From assembly GCA_048941285.1 (NCBI GenBank), contig JBHLNS010000066.1:1-15369 (forward strand): 15,369 nt of DNA. The letters are read 5' to 3'. The notes under the pieces were generated by a model, which ran no database searches, had not been told where the DNA came from, and was given only the letters and a program-made list of their open reading frames with translations. This stretch comes from Promethearchaeota archaeon (GTDB taxonomy: Archaea; Asgardarchaeota; Lokiarchaeia; Sigyniarchaeales; SOKP01). Position 1 is the stretch's first letter, and each line of letters opens with the position of its first letter. Position numbers and translations under genes: made by a program. Positions 1 to 8,111 of this stretch are shown piece after piece.

Positions 1-52
1 AACCTTCTTCATCAATTTGATTTATATATTCTCTAAATCCCATTAATTTCAT
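1..52 (-). CDS. 5' end of a probable UbiD-family (prFMN-dependent) decarboxylase, likely trans-anhydromevalonate 5-phosphate decarboxylase; runs off the left edge
   Basis: Not in the ORF track. The reverse complement reads ATG AAA TTA ATG GGA TTT AGA GAA TAT ATA AAT CAA ATT GAT GAA GAA GGT = MKLMGFREYINQIDEEG (ATG at 52, or in-frame ATG at 43). This resembles the typical UbiD N-terminus (M-x-[FL]-R-E-[FY]-I-x-x-[LI]-x-x-x-G). It is co-oriented with HMG-CoA reductase and close to ubiX. Only 17 codons are visible. Confidence 0.6.
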   Translation of the reverse strand, partial: MKLMGFREYINQIDEEG

Positions 53-123
53 TCATCTCAAAAAGTTCTTTCCCATAATCTATTTAACAATTATTTTGAG
101 TTAAAGAAACAAATTTTATAAAA

Positions 124-1413
124 CTAAAGGTTTTCATTATTAGCTATTCTTTTTAAAATTTCTTTCGCATAGTCAACTCTAATTTTCTTATCTTCAACTA
201 ATTTCTTTGCTACTTTTTCTATCAACTCTTCAGGTACTCCTGCAAGTTTTGCAATATTCCTTGAGTGTAAAACCATATGACCTTCTTGGATTCCTTCTGA
301 AGCTAAGGCTCTTAAAGCAGCCACATTTTGAGCCAATCCAAGCGCTGCTGCTACTTGAGAAAGCTCATTGGCAGTTTTAACATTTAAAATTTTTAAAGCT
401 ATTCTAGCCATAGGATGTATTTTAGTCATCCCTCCAATAATTCCTAAAGCTAGAGGGACTTTTATTTCTCCTATTAAATTTCCATTAGAATCAATTTGAA
501 ATTTGGTTAATGGAGAATATTGTCCACTCATTGCAGCATATGCATGGGCTCCAGCTTCAATAGCGCGTGTGTCATTTCCTGTAGCCACTGTTAAAGCTAC
601 AATTCCATTCATTATTCCTTTATTGTGAGTTGTAGCTCTATAGGGATCAGCTAGCGCAAACTCATATGCATCTAAGATCCCTTCTACAACCTCTTCTCCA
701 CCCAATAATTTCTTATCAAAAGTCGCCATACTTTTAGCTATCCGATGAATCGCTAAATTGGATACAATTCTAAGATATACTTTCCCTCCAGATATTTCTT
801 CTATATATGGACTAATAGCTTCAGCCATGGTATTTACTACATTCGCTCCCATTGCATCTAAAACATCAACTAATAAATGAACAATCAACATTACTCCTTT
901 TCTCGTTGATAATTCTCGAATTTCAAAATCAAAAGCACCTCCACCTAATTCAACTAAGATTGGATCTTTCTCATTTGCGTATTTTAAAATAATCTCCTTA
1001 TTTTCTTCTAATTTCCTTTTAGTAAATTCAATATCTCTTACATTAGTTATTTGAATCTGAGATATCATTATTGATTTAACATCTTCAGAATGAAAACCTC
1101 CATGTTTTCTAGCCATTTTTGCAGCATTTGAGGCCGCTGCTACAACAGAAGGTTCTTCAATAACCATAGGGATTAAATAATCCTTATTGTTTACTTTAAA
1201 ATTACAAGCTAACCCAATTGGTAATTGAAAAGAACCAATTACATTCTCTATAAATGTGTCAATTTGAGTCTCTGAGAAGTATCCTAAATTATCTAGAAAT
1301 TTTATATCATTTTCGTTAAAATCAATAAGCTTAGATAATAGTTCTCTGCGCTTTTTTATTGATAAATTATAGAAACCAGAAATTTCAGAATTATATCCAC
1401 TCATGACGAACAA
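124..1413 (-). CDS. mvaA: 3-hydroxy-3-methylglutaryl-CoA reductase, class II (MvaA-like)
   Basis: Class II motifs ENVIG, PMVIEEPSVVAAASNAAK, DAMGANVVN, RATTHNKGIMNG, GNDTRAIEAG and GIQEGHMVLH (catalytic His). The ORF starts at TTG 1413; ATG at 1404 is a plausible true start. Confidence 0.96.
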   Translation of the reverse strand: MFVMSGYNSEISGFYNLSIKKRRELLSKLIDFNENDIKFLDNLGYFSETQIDTFIENVIGSFQLPIGLACNFKVNNKDYLIPMVIEEPSVVAAASNAAKMARKHGGFHSEDVKSIMISQIQITNVRDIEFTKRKLEENKEIILKYANEKDPILVELGGGAFDFEIRELSTRKGVMLIVHLLVDVLDAMGANVVNTMAEAISPYIEEISGGKVYLRIVSNLAIHRIAKSMATFDKKLLGGEEVVEGILDAYEFALADPYRATTHNKGIMNGIVALTVATGNDTRAIEAGAHAYAAMSGQYSPLTKFQIDSNGNLIGEIKVPLALGIIGGMTKIHPMARIALKILNVKTANELSQVAAALGLAQNVAALRALASEGIQEGHMVLHSRNIAKLAGVPEELIEKVAKKLVEDKKIRVDYAKEILKRIANNENL

Positions 1414-1540
1414 CCGATTTTATCCTAGAAAAGAATTATTTATTATAGAATTTTACATATAATGCAAAAAATAATTATTATTCCTTATTAATTAATACTT
1501 AAAAGAAATTTAATTTTACAATTAATTATTTGTCAGAAAT
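1414..1540. promoter_or_regulatory. Divergent promoter region between HMG-CoA reductase and ubiX
   Basis: 127-bp AT-rich gap between head-to-head genes; exact elements not assignable. Confidence 0.45.
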
Positions 1541-2089
1541 ATGTTTCTCATTGCCATAACCGGTGCCTCAGGTATTTCAATTGCAGTTAAATTATTAAAA
1601 GTCTTAAAAGAAAAAAATATTAAAACAGAATTAATTATATCTAAAGCAGCAGAAAAAGTCCTTTTAAGTGAATCAAGAATAAAAATTGCTGATCTGCAAC
1701 AATCAGCTACTATTTATTATGATGTTGATGATTTAACTGCCCCACCTGCTAGTGGATCATATAAAACTGATGGAATGATTATTGTTCCATGCACTATGAA
1801 AACTTTAGCAGCTATAGCTAACGGTTATTCTAAGAATTTAATTACGAGAGCTGCGGATATTACAATAAAAGAAAATCGTAAACTTATTCTTATTGTAAGA
1901 GAAAGTCCATTAAGTCCTATACATTTAGAGAATATGCTTAAATTAGCTCGATTAGGTGTTGTAATTGCCCCACCAGTTGCCTCTTATTATATTAACCCTG
2001 AATCAGTTGATGATCTTCTCAATCATACTGTAGGGAGAATTCTTGACCAAATTGGTATTGAAAGTGATATTAAAAGGTGGGGAGATTAA
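1541..2089 (+). CDS. ubiX: UbiX-family flavin prenyltransferase
   Basis: ITGASG, APPASGS, IVPCTMKTLAAIANG, ITRAAD and RESPLSPIHLENM motifs; 182 aa, typical UbiX length. Confidence 0.95.
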   Translation: MFLIAITGASGISIAVKLLKVLKEKNIKTELIISKAAEKVLLSESRIKIADLQQSATIYYDVDDLTAPPASGSYKTDGMIIVPCTMKTLAAIANGYSKNLITRAADITIKENRKLILIVRESPLSPIHLENMLKLARLGVVIAPPVASYYINPESVDDLLNHTVGRILDQIGIESDIKRWGD

Positions 2090-2165
2090 TAGGGGGAATA
2101 TATTAATTTCATAAGTTCAAGCACTTGTTTTTAAGTTTGAATATATATTATATAATTGTTTTTGT

Positions 2166-3080
2166 TTATGAAGTAAGACTATCTAGTATTTCTTCTATAT
2201 GATTAATCGCAGTGGATAAGTGAGCTTCGTTTGGATAAAACTTACCAATACAATTAGGAATGGCTTCACATACTAATCTTCCCATTCTAACAGGAACACT
2301 AGTATCTAACTCGCCATGCCATAGAAATACTTTTATACTTGATGGGATATCTTTCAAGTTAAATCCCCAATCTGAGCTTAATAATTTTATATCATGAGTG
2401 ACTCCATTGACTCCCTGACGAAAGGGTTCTGCCATTAATTCAACATATAATGGAATTCTATTAGGATCTATCATAATTTGTTTATCTGGTTCAGGTAAGT
2501 TTTTAGATCTTTTTTGAAAAGATTTTTCGAGTTCTTCCAGAGTTTTATCATTCATTTTCAAGATTTGCTTTTGAATAATCTTGTAAAACTTTGTTAAAAG
2601 ACCAGGTTTACTTCTTGCTAATTTAAGTTCCTTCTGCTTTCCTTTGTCCATCCCCTCTAAACCTAAAGTAAATGGACCAAGTCCAGAAACGATACCACAA
2701 TAAGTTAAGTGTTCAGGGATCTTTAGTGCACATGCTAACGCATATGCACATCCACCAGATCCTCCCAAAACAGCAAATTTTTGAATATTTAGATTGTTAG
2801 CTAACTCAGCAACATCATTAGGCCAATCTAAAATTGTTCTATTCTCTTTAAAATCTGATAAGCCTCTTCCAGGACGATCTATAGATATGAGCCGGATATT
2901 AAATTTTTTATCCTCAAAACCATACATTTTAGGTTCAAGCCGAGAAGAGCCATGACCGTGAAAATAAAATATTGGTTTCCCCTCAGGGATTCCGAATTCT
3001 GCATAACCTAGTTTGCGGCCATCCTTTAAAGTAATAATTTGGGAGTATTTTTCATTCTTTTGCATATTCTCACTTTCCAC
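2166..3080 (-). CDS. Alpha/beta-fold hydrolase
   Basis: LKDGRKLGYAEFG N-terminus, FHGHG oxyanion region, DRPGRGLSD, nucleophile elbow GGSGG, acid WHGELD and catalytic His in EAHLS. Start is GTG 3080 or ATG 3065. Confidence 0.92.
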   Translation of the reverse strand: MESENMQKNEKYSQIITLKDGRKLGYAEFGIPEGKPIFYFHGHGSSRLEPKMYGFEDKKFNIRLISIDRPGRGLSDFKENRTILDWPNDVAELANNLNIQKFAVLGGSGGCAYALACALKIPEHLTYCGIVSGLGPFTLGLEGMDKGKQKELKLARSKPGLLTKFYKIIQKQILKMNDKTLEELEKSFQKRSKNLPEPDKQIMIDPNRIPLYVELMAEPFRQGVNGVTHDIKLLSSDWGFNLKDIPSSIKVFLWHGELDTSVPVRMGRLVCEAIPNCIGKFYPNEAHLSTAINHIEEILDSLTS

Positions 3081-3199
3081 GAATATTAATTATTTTTTAC
3101 TTTTAGGATGAATTTCTCTCGCATTTATAAAATATAAAATTATTCTTTAATATATTATATCTTATTTTAGAGTATGTTTTCTCAATTTCGTTATTCTTG

Positions 3200-4876
3200 T
3201 TATAAAACAGGAGTGAATATGTCTGGGGATTGAGAATTTCTTTTTAATAAATATTTTTCTGGTATTGGTAAATAGATGGGACTCCAATTCAATAATCCTT
3301 TTGCATTTATATTTTCCTCATTTTCATTCTCAACTCTTCTGATTTCATACTCTAAAGCACTACCTATTTTTACATTACTAGCTACTCTTACTAAGCCTTC
3401 TTTTAGATATTTAAGATCGTTAGAATCAGTTTGAACTATAGGATCACTATCCAACTTCGCAAAGAGAGGGAAAAAACGTTTATGATATCCTGAATGTCCT
3501 TTAGGACAATGATCTAAACCTTTTATATTTGGGATAAGGCAACCCTCATCGCAAAAATGAAGTGTAAATCCTCTATTATTATTTTGCTCATGTTCAATAA
3601 TGTGCCCTAATAATATTTTTGGTTTTGAAGCTCCATTCTTTATTAATTCGTACTCTTTAACACTCTTTCTCTTTTTCAAATTTATAAAATCATTTATATG
3701 AGGGCCTTTTTCGACAATTTCACTAAATTCTTCTTGAACTTTTAATAGCCCAGAAATACAGGTTGCTCCCGAACCATAAGACCCAAAATAAATTGTATCA
3801 TTAACACGAGCTTGATTTTCAAGAAGATAAATAATCTGAGCCCATAAACTGGCATTATACATATTTCCAAAATGCATTGGAACGTTTAATTGAGGGAGCA
3901 TTCTTTCTTTTACATTAGTATTCACCCAATATGAAAATTTCTCCAAGGTTGGGGACGCAAATCCTCTTTCTTTTAGCTTCAAATAAAGATATTCTGGTAA
4001 TACGGTAACATCATGTAAAAAGTAATCAAGTTTCTTAAGTATGGAGGATCTAATATTTTTTCGATCAATTTTAGGCAGTTCATTTATATGTTTTACCCAA
4101 CGTTTAAGAATTATTTGTTGGAAACATTTCAATGGTAATTTAGAATATGGAGCATGAAATGTATAAAAATCAGCATGAAAATCTCCAATATTATTAATTA
4201 AATCATCATATGCTTCAAGCTGAAATTTGATATAGGCGTCTTGAGAGTAGTTACCAAAAGCTCTAGCATTCTTGTCATTAGGGGGTCTAAAAAAATCATT
4301 TACATTTCCCGAAACTTTTCCGAACTTTTTACTAAACGTAGCTATTCTAGGATTTTTCGAAATAACAAGGGCAATAGCCCCTGATCCTTGTGTAGGCTCT
4401 CCTGGAGATCCAATGTGATATGATGAGATGTCAGTACTTATAATAAGTGCTTTATTTATTATTTCTTTTTCAATCAAGGCAATTGCATTGAGAATTGCCA
4501 ATGTTCCACCGGCACAAGCATTATAGATATCCTGTGTGAGACTATTTGGCGATATTTCAAGCATTTCAGCGAAAATATTCGAAACAGATTTTGCAGCATA
4601 TACTTCTGTTTCAGTACCAACAAAAAGGGCATTTATACTTTTATGAGAGATACCTCCTCTTAATAAAGCATTATATCCAGCTTTTAATCCAAGAGAAATG
4701 ATATCTTCATCAATATCAGCTACTCGCATTTCTTTTGAGATTAAGCCCTTTTTATATTTCTCTGGATCAACTTGTCTCTTTCGGGCAAGCTCTTCTAATT
4801 TGACATAATGTCTTGGAGCATGAAAGCCAATAGAGTCAATTCCAATGTTCGAAAATAGATAATCGTTAGAAAGCAT
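3200..4876 (-). CDS. mvaS: Hydroxymethylglutaryl-CoA synthase with C-terminal DUF35-like (Zn-ribbon/OB-fold) extension
   Basis: Catalytic E89 (VGTETE), C121 (NACAGGT) and H241 (FHAPYSK), plus GEPTQGSGA, DFFRP, GNMYNAS and SYGSGA. About 140 extra C-terminal aa contain C442-x3-C446-x10-C457-x3-H461. Confidence 0.92.
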   Translation of the reverse strand: MLSNDYLFSNIGIDSIGFHAPRHYVKLEELARKRQVDPEKYKKGLISKEMRVADIDEDIISLGLKAGYNALLRGGISHKSINALFVGTETEVYAAKSVSNIFAEMLEISPNSLTQDIYNACAGGTLAILNAIALIEKEIINKALIISTDISSYHIGSPGEPTQGSGAIALVISKNPRIATFSKKFGKVSGNVNDFFRPPNDKNARAFGNYSQDAYIKFQLEAYDDLINNIGDFHADFYTFHAPYSKLPLKCFQQIILKRWVKHINELPKIDRKNIRSSILKKLDYFLHDVTVLPEYLYLKLKERGFASPTLEKFSYWVNTNVKERMLPQLNVPMHFGNMYNASLWAQIIYLLENQARVNDTIYFGSYGSGATCISGLLKVQEEFSEIVEKGPHINDFINLKKRKSVKEYELIKNGASKPKILLGHIIEHEQNNNRGFTLHFCDEGCLIPNIKGLDHCPKGHSGYHKRFFPLFAKLDSDPIVQTDSNDLKYLKEGLVRVASNVKIGSALEYEIRRVENENEENINAKGLLNWSPIYLPIPEKYLLKRNSQSPDIFTPVL

Positions 4877-5283
4877 TAACCAGGTCCCGTGAAATGTTAA
4901 ATTTCCTTTTTTCCAATGAAAAACTAAATAATTTAATGTAATATTTATTTGTTCAAAAACTTATCTAAATAAATATTAATCTTATTAAAAGAAATGCTTA
5001 TTTAAAAATTCTCAGTGGTCTAATATTCGTAATAGTTCAAATTCTTATAAGTGGTATATATTATGAATAATATTACTAATTGTTTAAAAACAATAAAAAC
5101 GTGAAATATATAATTGGATTTTCCATATAGGGAAAAAACCACAGAGGGTTAATTATAAATAAGCAAATTTCGTTAGATATGGGGGTAAATCATAATCAAT
5201 CATAAAAAAAATTTTTAGATAAAATTAATAATTCTAGTATTTAATATTAATATTGAAAATAATACAACTTTATAATAGTGTAG
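4877..5283. promoter_or_regulatory. Divergent promoter region between HMG-CoA synthase and uppS
   Basis: 407-bp very AT-rich non-coding gap between divergent starts. Several TATA-like words are present, but none can be assigned uniquely. Confidence 0.5.
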
Positions 5284-6021
5284 ATGGCAACTCAATTAGA
5301 AGAATTAAAACTGAAAGCAAGAGATAAGCTTCCTAAACATGTAGGTTTAATTGTTGATGGAAATAGAAGATGGGCTTCAAAGAGAAATCTTGATGTTAAT
5401 TTTGGGCATTTAGTCGGATATGAAAACCTAAAAAAAAGATTATTTGATTTTTTTGATGTCGGGATCCATTATTTAAGCCTGTATATATTGTCCCTTGAAA
5501 ATGTGAAGAAACGAAGTGATGAAGAGCTTGAATATATTTATAAAATTATGGTTAAAGCTGTTGATACAGTTATTAATGAATCAATTGTAAAAGAAGAAAA
5601 AGTAAAGTTTAATGTTATAGGCAGAATTTCAATGCTACCTCCGAAAGCAAGAGCAAAAATTCAAGAGTTGATTGATTTTACTAAAAATCACAATCAAAAT
5701 TTCATAAATCTATGCATAATGTATGATGGTCATGAGGAAATTGTTGATGCAGTGAAATCAATAATCAAAGATGCTGTAGATCCAGAAGATGTCGATGTTG
5801 ATTTAATTAAGAAATATCTCTATACCAAAAATTTCCCTCCCTTAGACTATATTATCAGAACTGGAATGGATGACGGAGCTAGACTTTCAGGATTTTTATT
5901 ATGGGATTCTTCTTACGCTGAATTTAAATTTCGGGAAGATTTATGGCCTGATTATAATATGGAGATGGTAATTGAAGATTTACAAGACTATGTAAGGAGA
6001 AATCGAAGAATGGGAAAATAA
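5284..6021 (+). CDS. uppS: Cis-prenyltransferase (polyprenyl/undecaprenyl diphosphate synthase)
   Basis: PKHVGLIVDGNRRWA P-loop, GH..GY, LSLEN, DYIIRTG...RLSGFLLWDSSYAEF and C-terminal RxG (RRMGK). Confidence 0.95.
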   Translation: MATQLEELKLKARDKLPKHVGLIVDGNRRWASKRNLDVNFGHLVGYENLKKRLFDFFDVGIHYLSLYILSLENVKKRSDEELEYIYKIMVKAVDTVINESIVKEEKVKFNVIGRISMLPPKARAKIQELIDFTKNHNQNFINLCIMYDGHEEIVDAVKSIIKDAVDPEDVDVDLIKKYLYTKNFPPLDYIIRTGMDDGARLSGFLLWDSSYAEFKFREDLWPDYNMEMVIEDLQDYVRRNRRMGK

Positions 6022-6142
6022 ACTTCATTCCTTTTTACTACGTAAAACTAAATAGTTAATCCATTATTAATTATTAAACCTAAAAATTAATGAGAAATTT
6101 TGATTTAGTAATTAATAAAGTGAACTAAAAAATCTTTAAATT

Positions 6143-7996
6143 ATGTTAAATGCAGACAAAATCATCTCTTTAAATATAACAAAATTCCCGCAAAATCTAC
6201 TGATTAGTGGTATAGACAACGAGGTTGTTCTTCAAGCAGTTAATACCTCAAACAAAAAGGAAACATTTAAATTCGATTTTGAGGGAGAAAGTTTAAATAT
6301 TCTTGTACAACCTGAAATATTTAACAATAATATAGAATTTGGTCCAGGAGAGACAAAAGAGATAATATTAAAGTTAGAGCCAATTAGTGATGGTTTTGGT
6401 AAACTAATTATTATTATAAATTGGCTAAAAATTACTGAATATAAGGTGAAAGTACAAAAAGTTAGAGATGTCGTTCCAGTTAGTAAAATGAACGCAATTC
6501 TAAAAACCTATGTTTTTACAAGTACAGAAGACTTTGAAATTTTTAATCCGGAAGATTATATCGTCAATATGGATCAAAATGCTATAAAAAAGACAGTGCA
6601 GCAAATAGAAAATTTTAAAGAAGAACTTAATTCAGCACAATCTATCGGCTCACCAACTTCTCAACTTCTTGAAAAAATTGATACTTATATAAAACAAATA
6701 GCAAAAGGTTATCTCTCAATTAATAATCCTGATAAAGCTCTAGAGTATGCTTTAATGCTATTTAACAAAACTGATCAAAATGATTTGTATATAAATCTAA
6801 TCAGAGCATATGCTTCAAAAGATTTTAATCAAACAGTCCAAATAGTTCGAAATTTACAAGATTTAGAGCTTCAAGAAAAGATTTTAAAATTTTTGACTTT
6901 AGATCAAGTTTCTATTAATCCTGAACAAGCAATTAGAATAGGATCCTTACTTCAAAATAATTCTATCAAAGAAGATCTTTTTATCAATATATTTATTAAA
7001 GTTATTGAATCTGATCCATTATTAGCTCTAAAATTAGCAAACCTAATTGATAATGGTTTTTTAAAGACAAGAATTTTGTTCAATATCGCAAAACGGTTAT
7101 ATGGTCAAGAGGGCCGATCTGAAGTTATTAATGTTTTTAATATGATCATCCAAACAAGTCTTAACTCTTATATTAATAATATAAATGATAAAAAACTAAG
7201 AAAAAAATCTTATGAGTATGTAAAAGATGGTATTCATGCTCTTGCTGAATACAATAGCCCTACCGCAGCTCATTCTATTATTGAAAGTATGAATAATCAA
7301 GAGCTTAAAGAGAAATTGACAAAAAACTTGTTTGATATTATCTATGAAATAGGAGATGAAATTCAAACTAAAATAGACGCTACCCCCATTTTTTCTCAGT
7401 ATTTTTTATTGAATACGTATATTTCACTAATTAATAGGGAAATTACAAATTTTTGTTTAAATGGTGGAAATATAAGCAATAATATTCTCGTAAATGATTA
7501 CAATTTTACAATAGCATTCTTATCCTTATTTAGTTTTGACTTTAGCATTTTTCCAATATTAGATCGTGTATATCACGATTTAAAGCATTCAATAAATAAA
7601 TCAATTGCATACTATGTTTTTCCATCAAAGGAGAAATATAATCAAAATGAATTGAACACACTTAAGCTTTCGTTAAAACAATTTTTTAAAAATCTCAACA
7701 GTGCCCCAAACCAAATATTAATTTTTAATTTGGATTTCATCCCATATTTAGGAAAACCAACGATAATAATTTCCTCTGAAGATGATTTAGGAGATAATTT
7801 TTATTCAAAAATTAAAAAAGTTGGAGAAGCTATTAATTTGATAATTGACGAATCTGTTTTTAAAGGAGGGAAAATCACTGATGAACTTGCGCAGATATTT
7901 CCAACACCTAAATTTAAAATTATCAATTTGGTCTTATCTTATGAATTTATCAACGATTATAATGTTTTTAAAACTTTCATCCAATCTTTACTTTAA
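6143..7996 (+). CDS. Hypothetical protein: N-terminal Ig-like beta-sandwich, central 32-aa alpha-helical repeats, C-terminal alpha/beta region
   Basis: 617-aa ORF. The N-terminal beta-strand pattern includes 'V.N...KETF.F...IEFGPGETKEIILKLEP..DGFGKL'. Four exact-period 32-aa helical repeats start at residue 195. No catalytic motif recognised. Confidence 0.8.
   Translation: MLNADKIISLNITKFPQNLLISGIDNEVVLQAVNTSNKKETFKFDFEGESLNILVQPEIFNNNIEFGPGETKEIILKLEPISDGFGKLIIIINWLKITEYKVKVQKVRDVVPVSKMNAILKTYVFTSTEDFEIFNPEDYIVNMDQNAIKKTVQQIENFKEELNSAQSIGSPTSQLLEKIDTYIKQIAKGYLSINNPDKALEYALMLFNKTDQNDLYINLIRAYASKDFNQTVQIVRNLQDLELQEKILKFLTLDQVSINPEQAIRIGSLLQNNSIKEDLFINIFIKVIESDPLLALKLANLIDNGFLKTRILFNIAKRLYGQEGRSEVINVFNMIIQTSLNSYINNINDKKLRKKSYEYVKDGIHALAEYNSPTAAHSIIESMNNQELKEKLTKNLFDIIYEIGDEIQTKIDATPIFSQYFLLNTYISLINREITNFCLNGGNISNNILVNDYNFTIAFLSLFSFDFSIFPILDRVYHDLKHSINKSIAYYVFPSKEKYNQNELNTLKLSLKQFFKNLNSAPNQILIFNLDFIPYLGKPTIIISSEDDLGDNFYSKIKKVGEAINLIIDESVFKGGKITDELAQIFPTPKFKIINLVLSYEFINDYNVFKTFIQSLL
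6725..7108 (+). repeat. Four tandem 32-aa helical (alpha-solenoid/TPR-like) protein repeats
   Basis: NPDKALEYALMLFNKTDQNDLYINLIRAYASK / DFNQTVQIVRNLQDLELQEKILKFLTLDQVSI / NPEQAIRIGSLLQNNSIKEDLFINIFIKVIES / DPLLALKLANLIDNGFLKTRILFNIAKRLYGQ. Each unit is 32 aa with an aligned [ND]-P-x-x-A start (degenerate in unit 2) and aligned hydrophobic positions. Confidence 0.7.
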
Positions 7997-8111
7997 ACAA
8001 AAGAAAATTATCCAAAATTATAAAATCAAAATTTTTTATATATATTTTAAAAATAAGAATATATCTTTAAATTAGAAAATAGTGTAAAGCAAATCAAAAG
8101 GGACAGCTTTT

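Noticed and set aside
5153-5203. 16-codon minus-strand mini-ORF (MIDYDLPPYLTKFAYL) in the HMGCS/uppS gap as a leader peptide
   Set aside because: Length expected by chance, with no supporting signal.
6023-6057. Pyrimidine tract and tiny inverted repeats (TTTTAC-TAC-GTAAAA) after uppS
   Set aside because: Could be an archaeal T-tract terminator, but too short and AT-rich to support.
7845-8075. 76-aa + strand ORF overlapping the end of the 617-aa gene
   Set aside because: Out-of-frame overlap running into AT-rich intergenic DNA; composition reflects the base bias and there is no motif.
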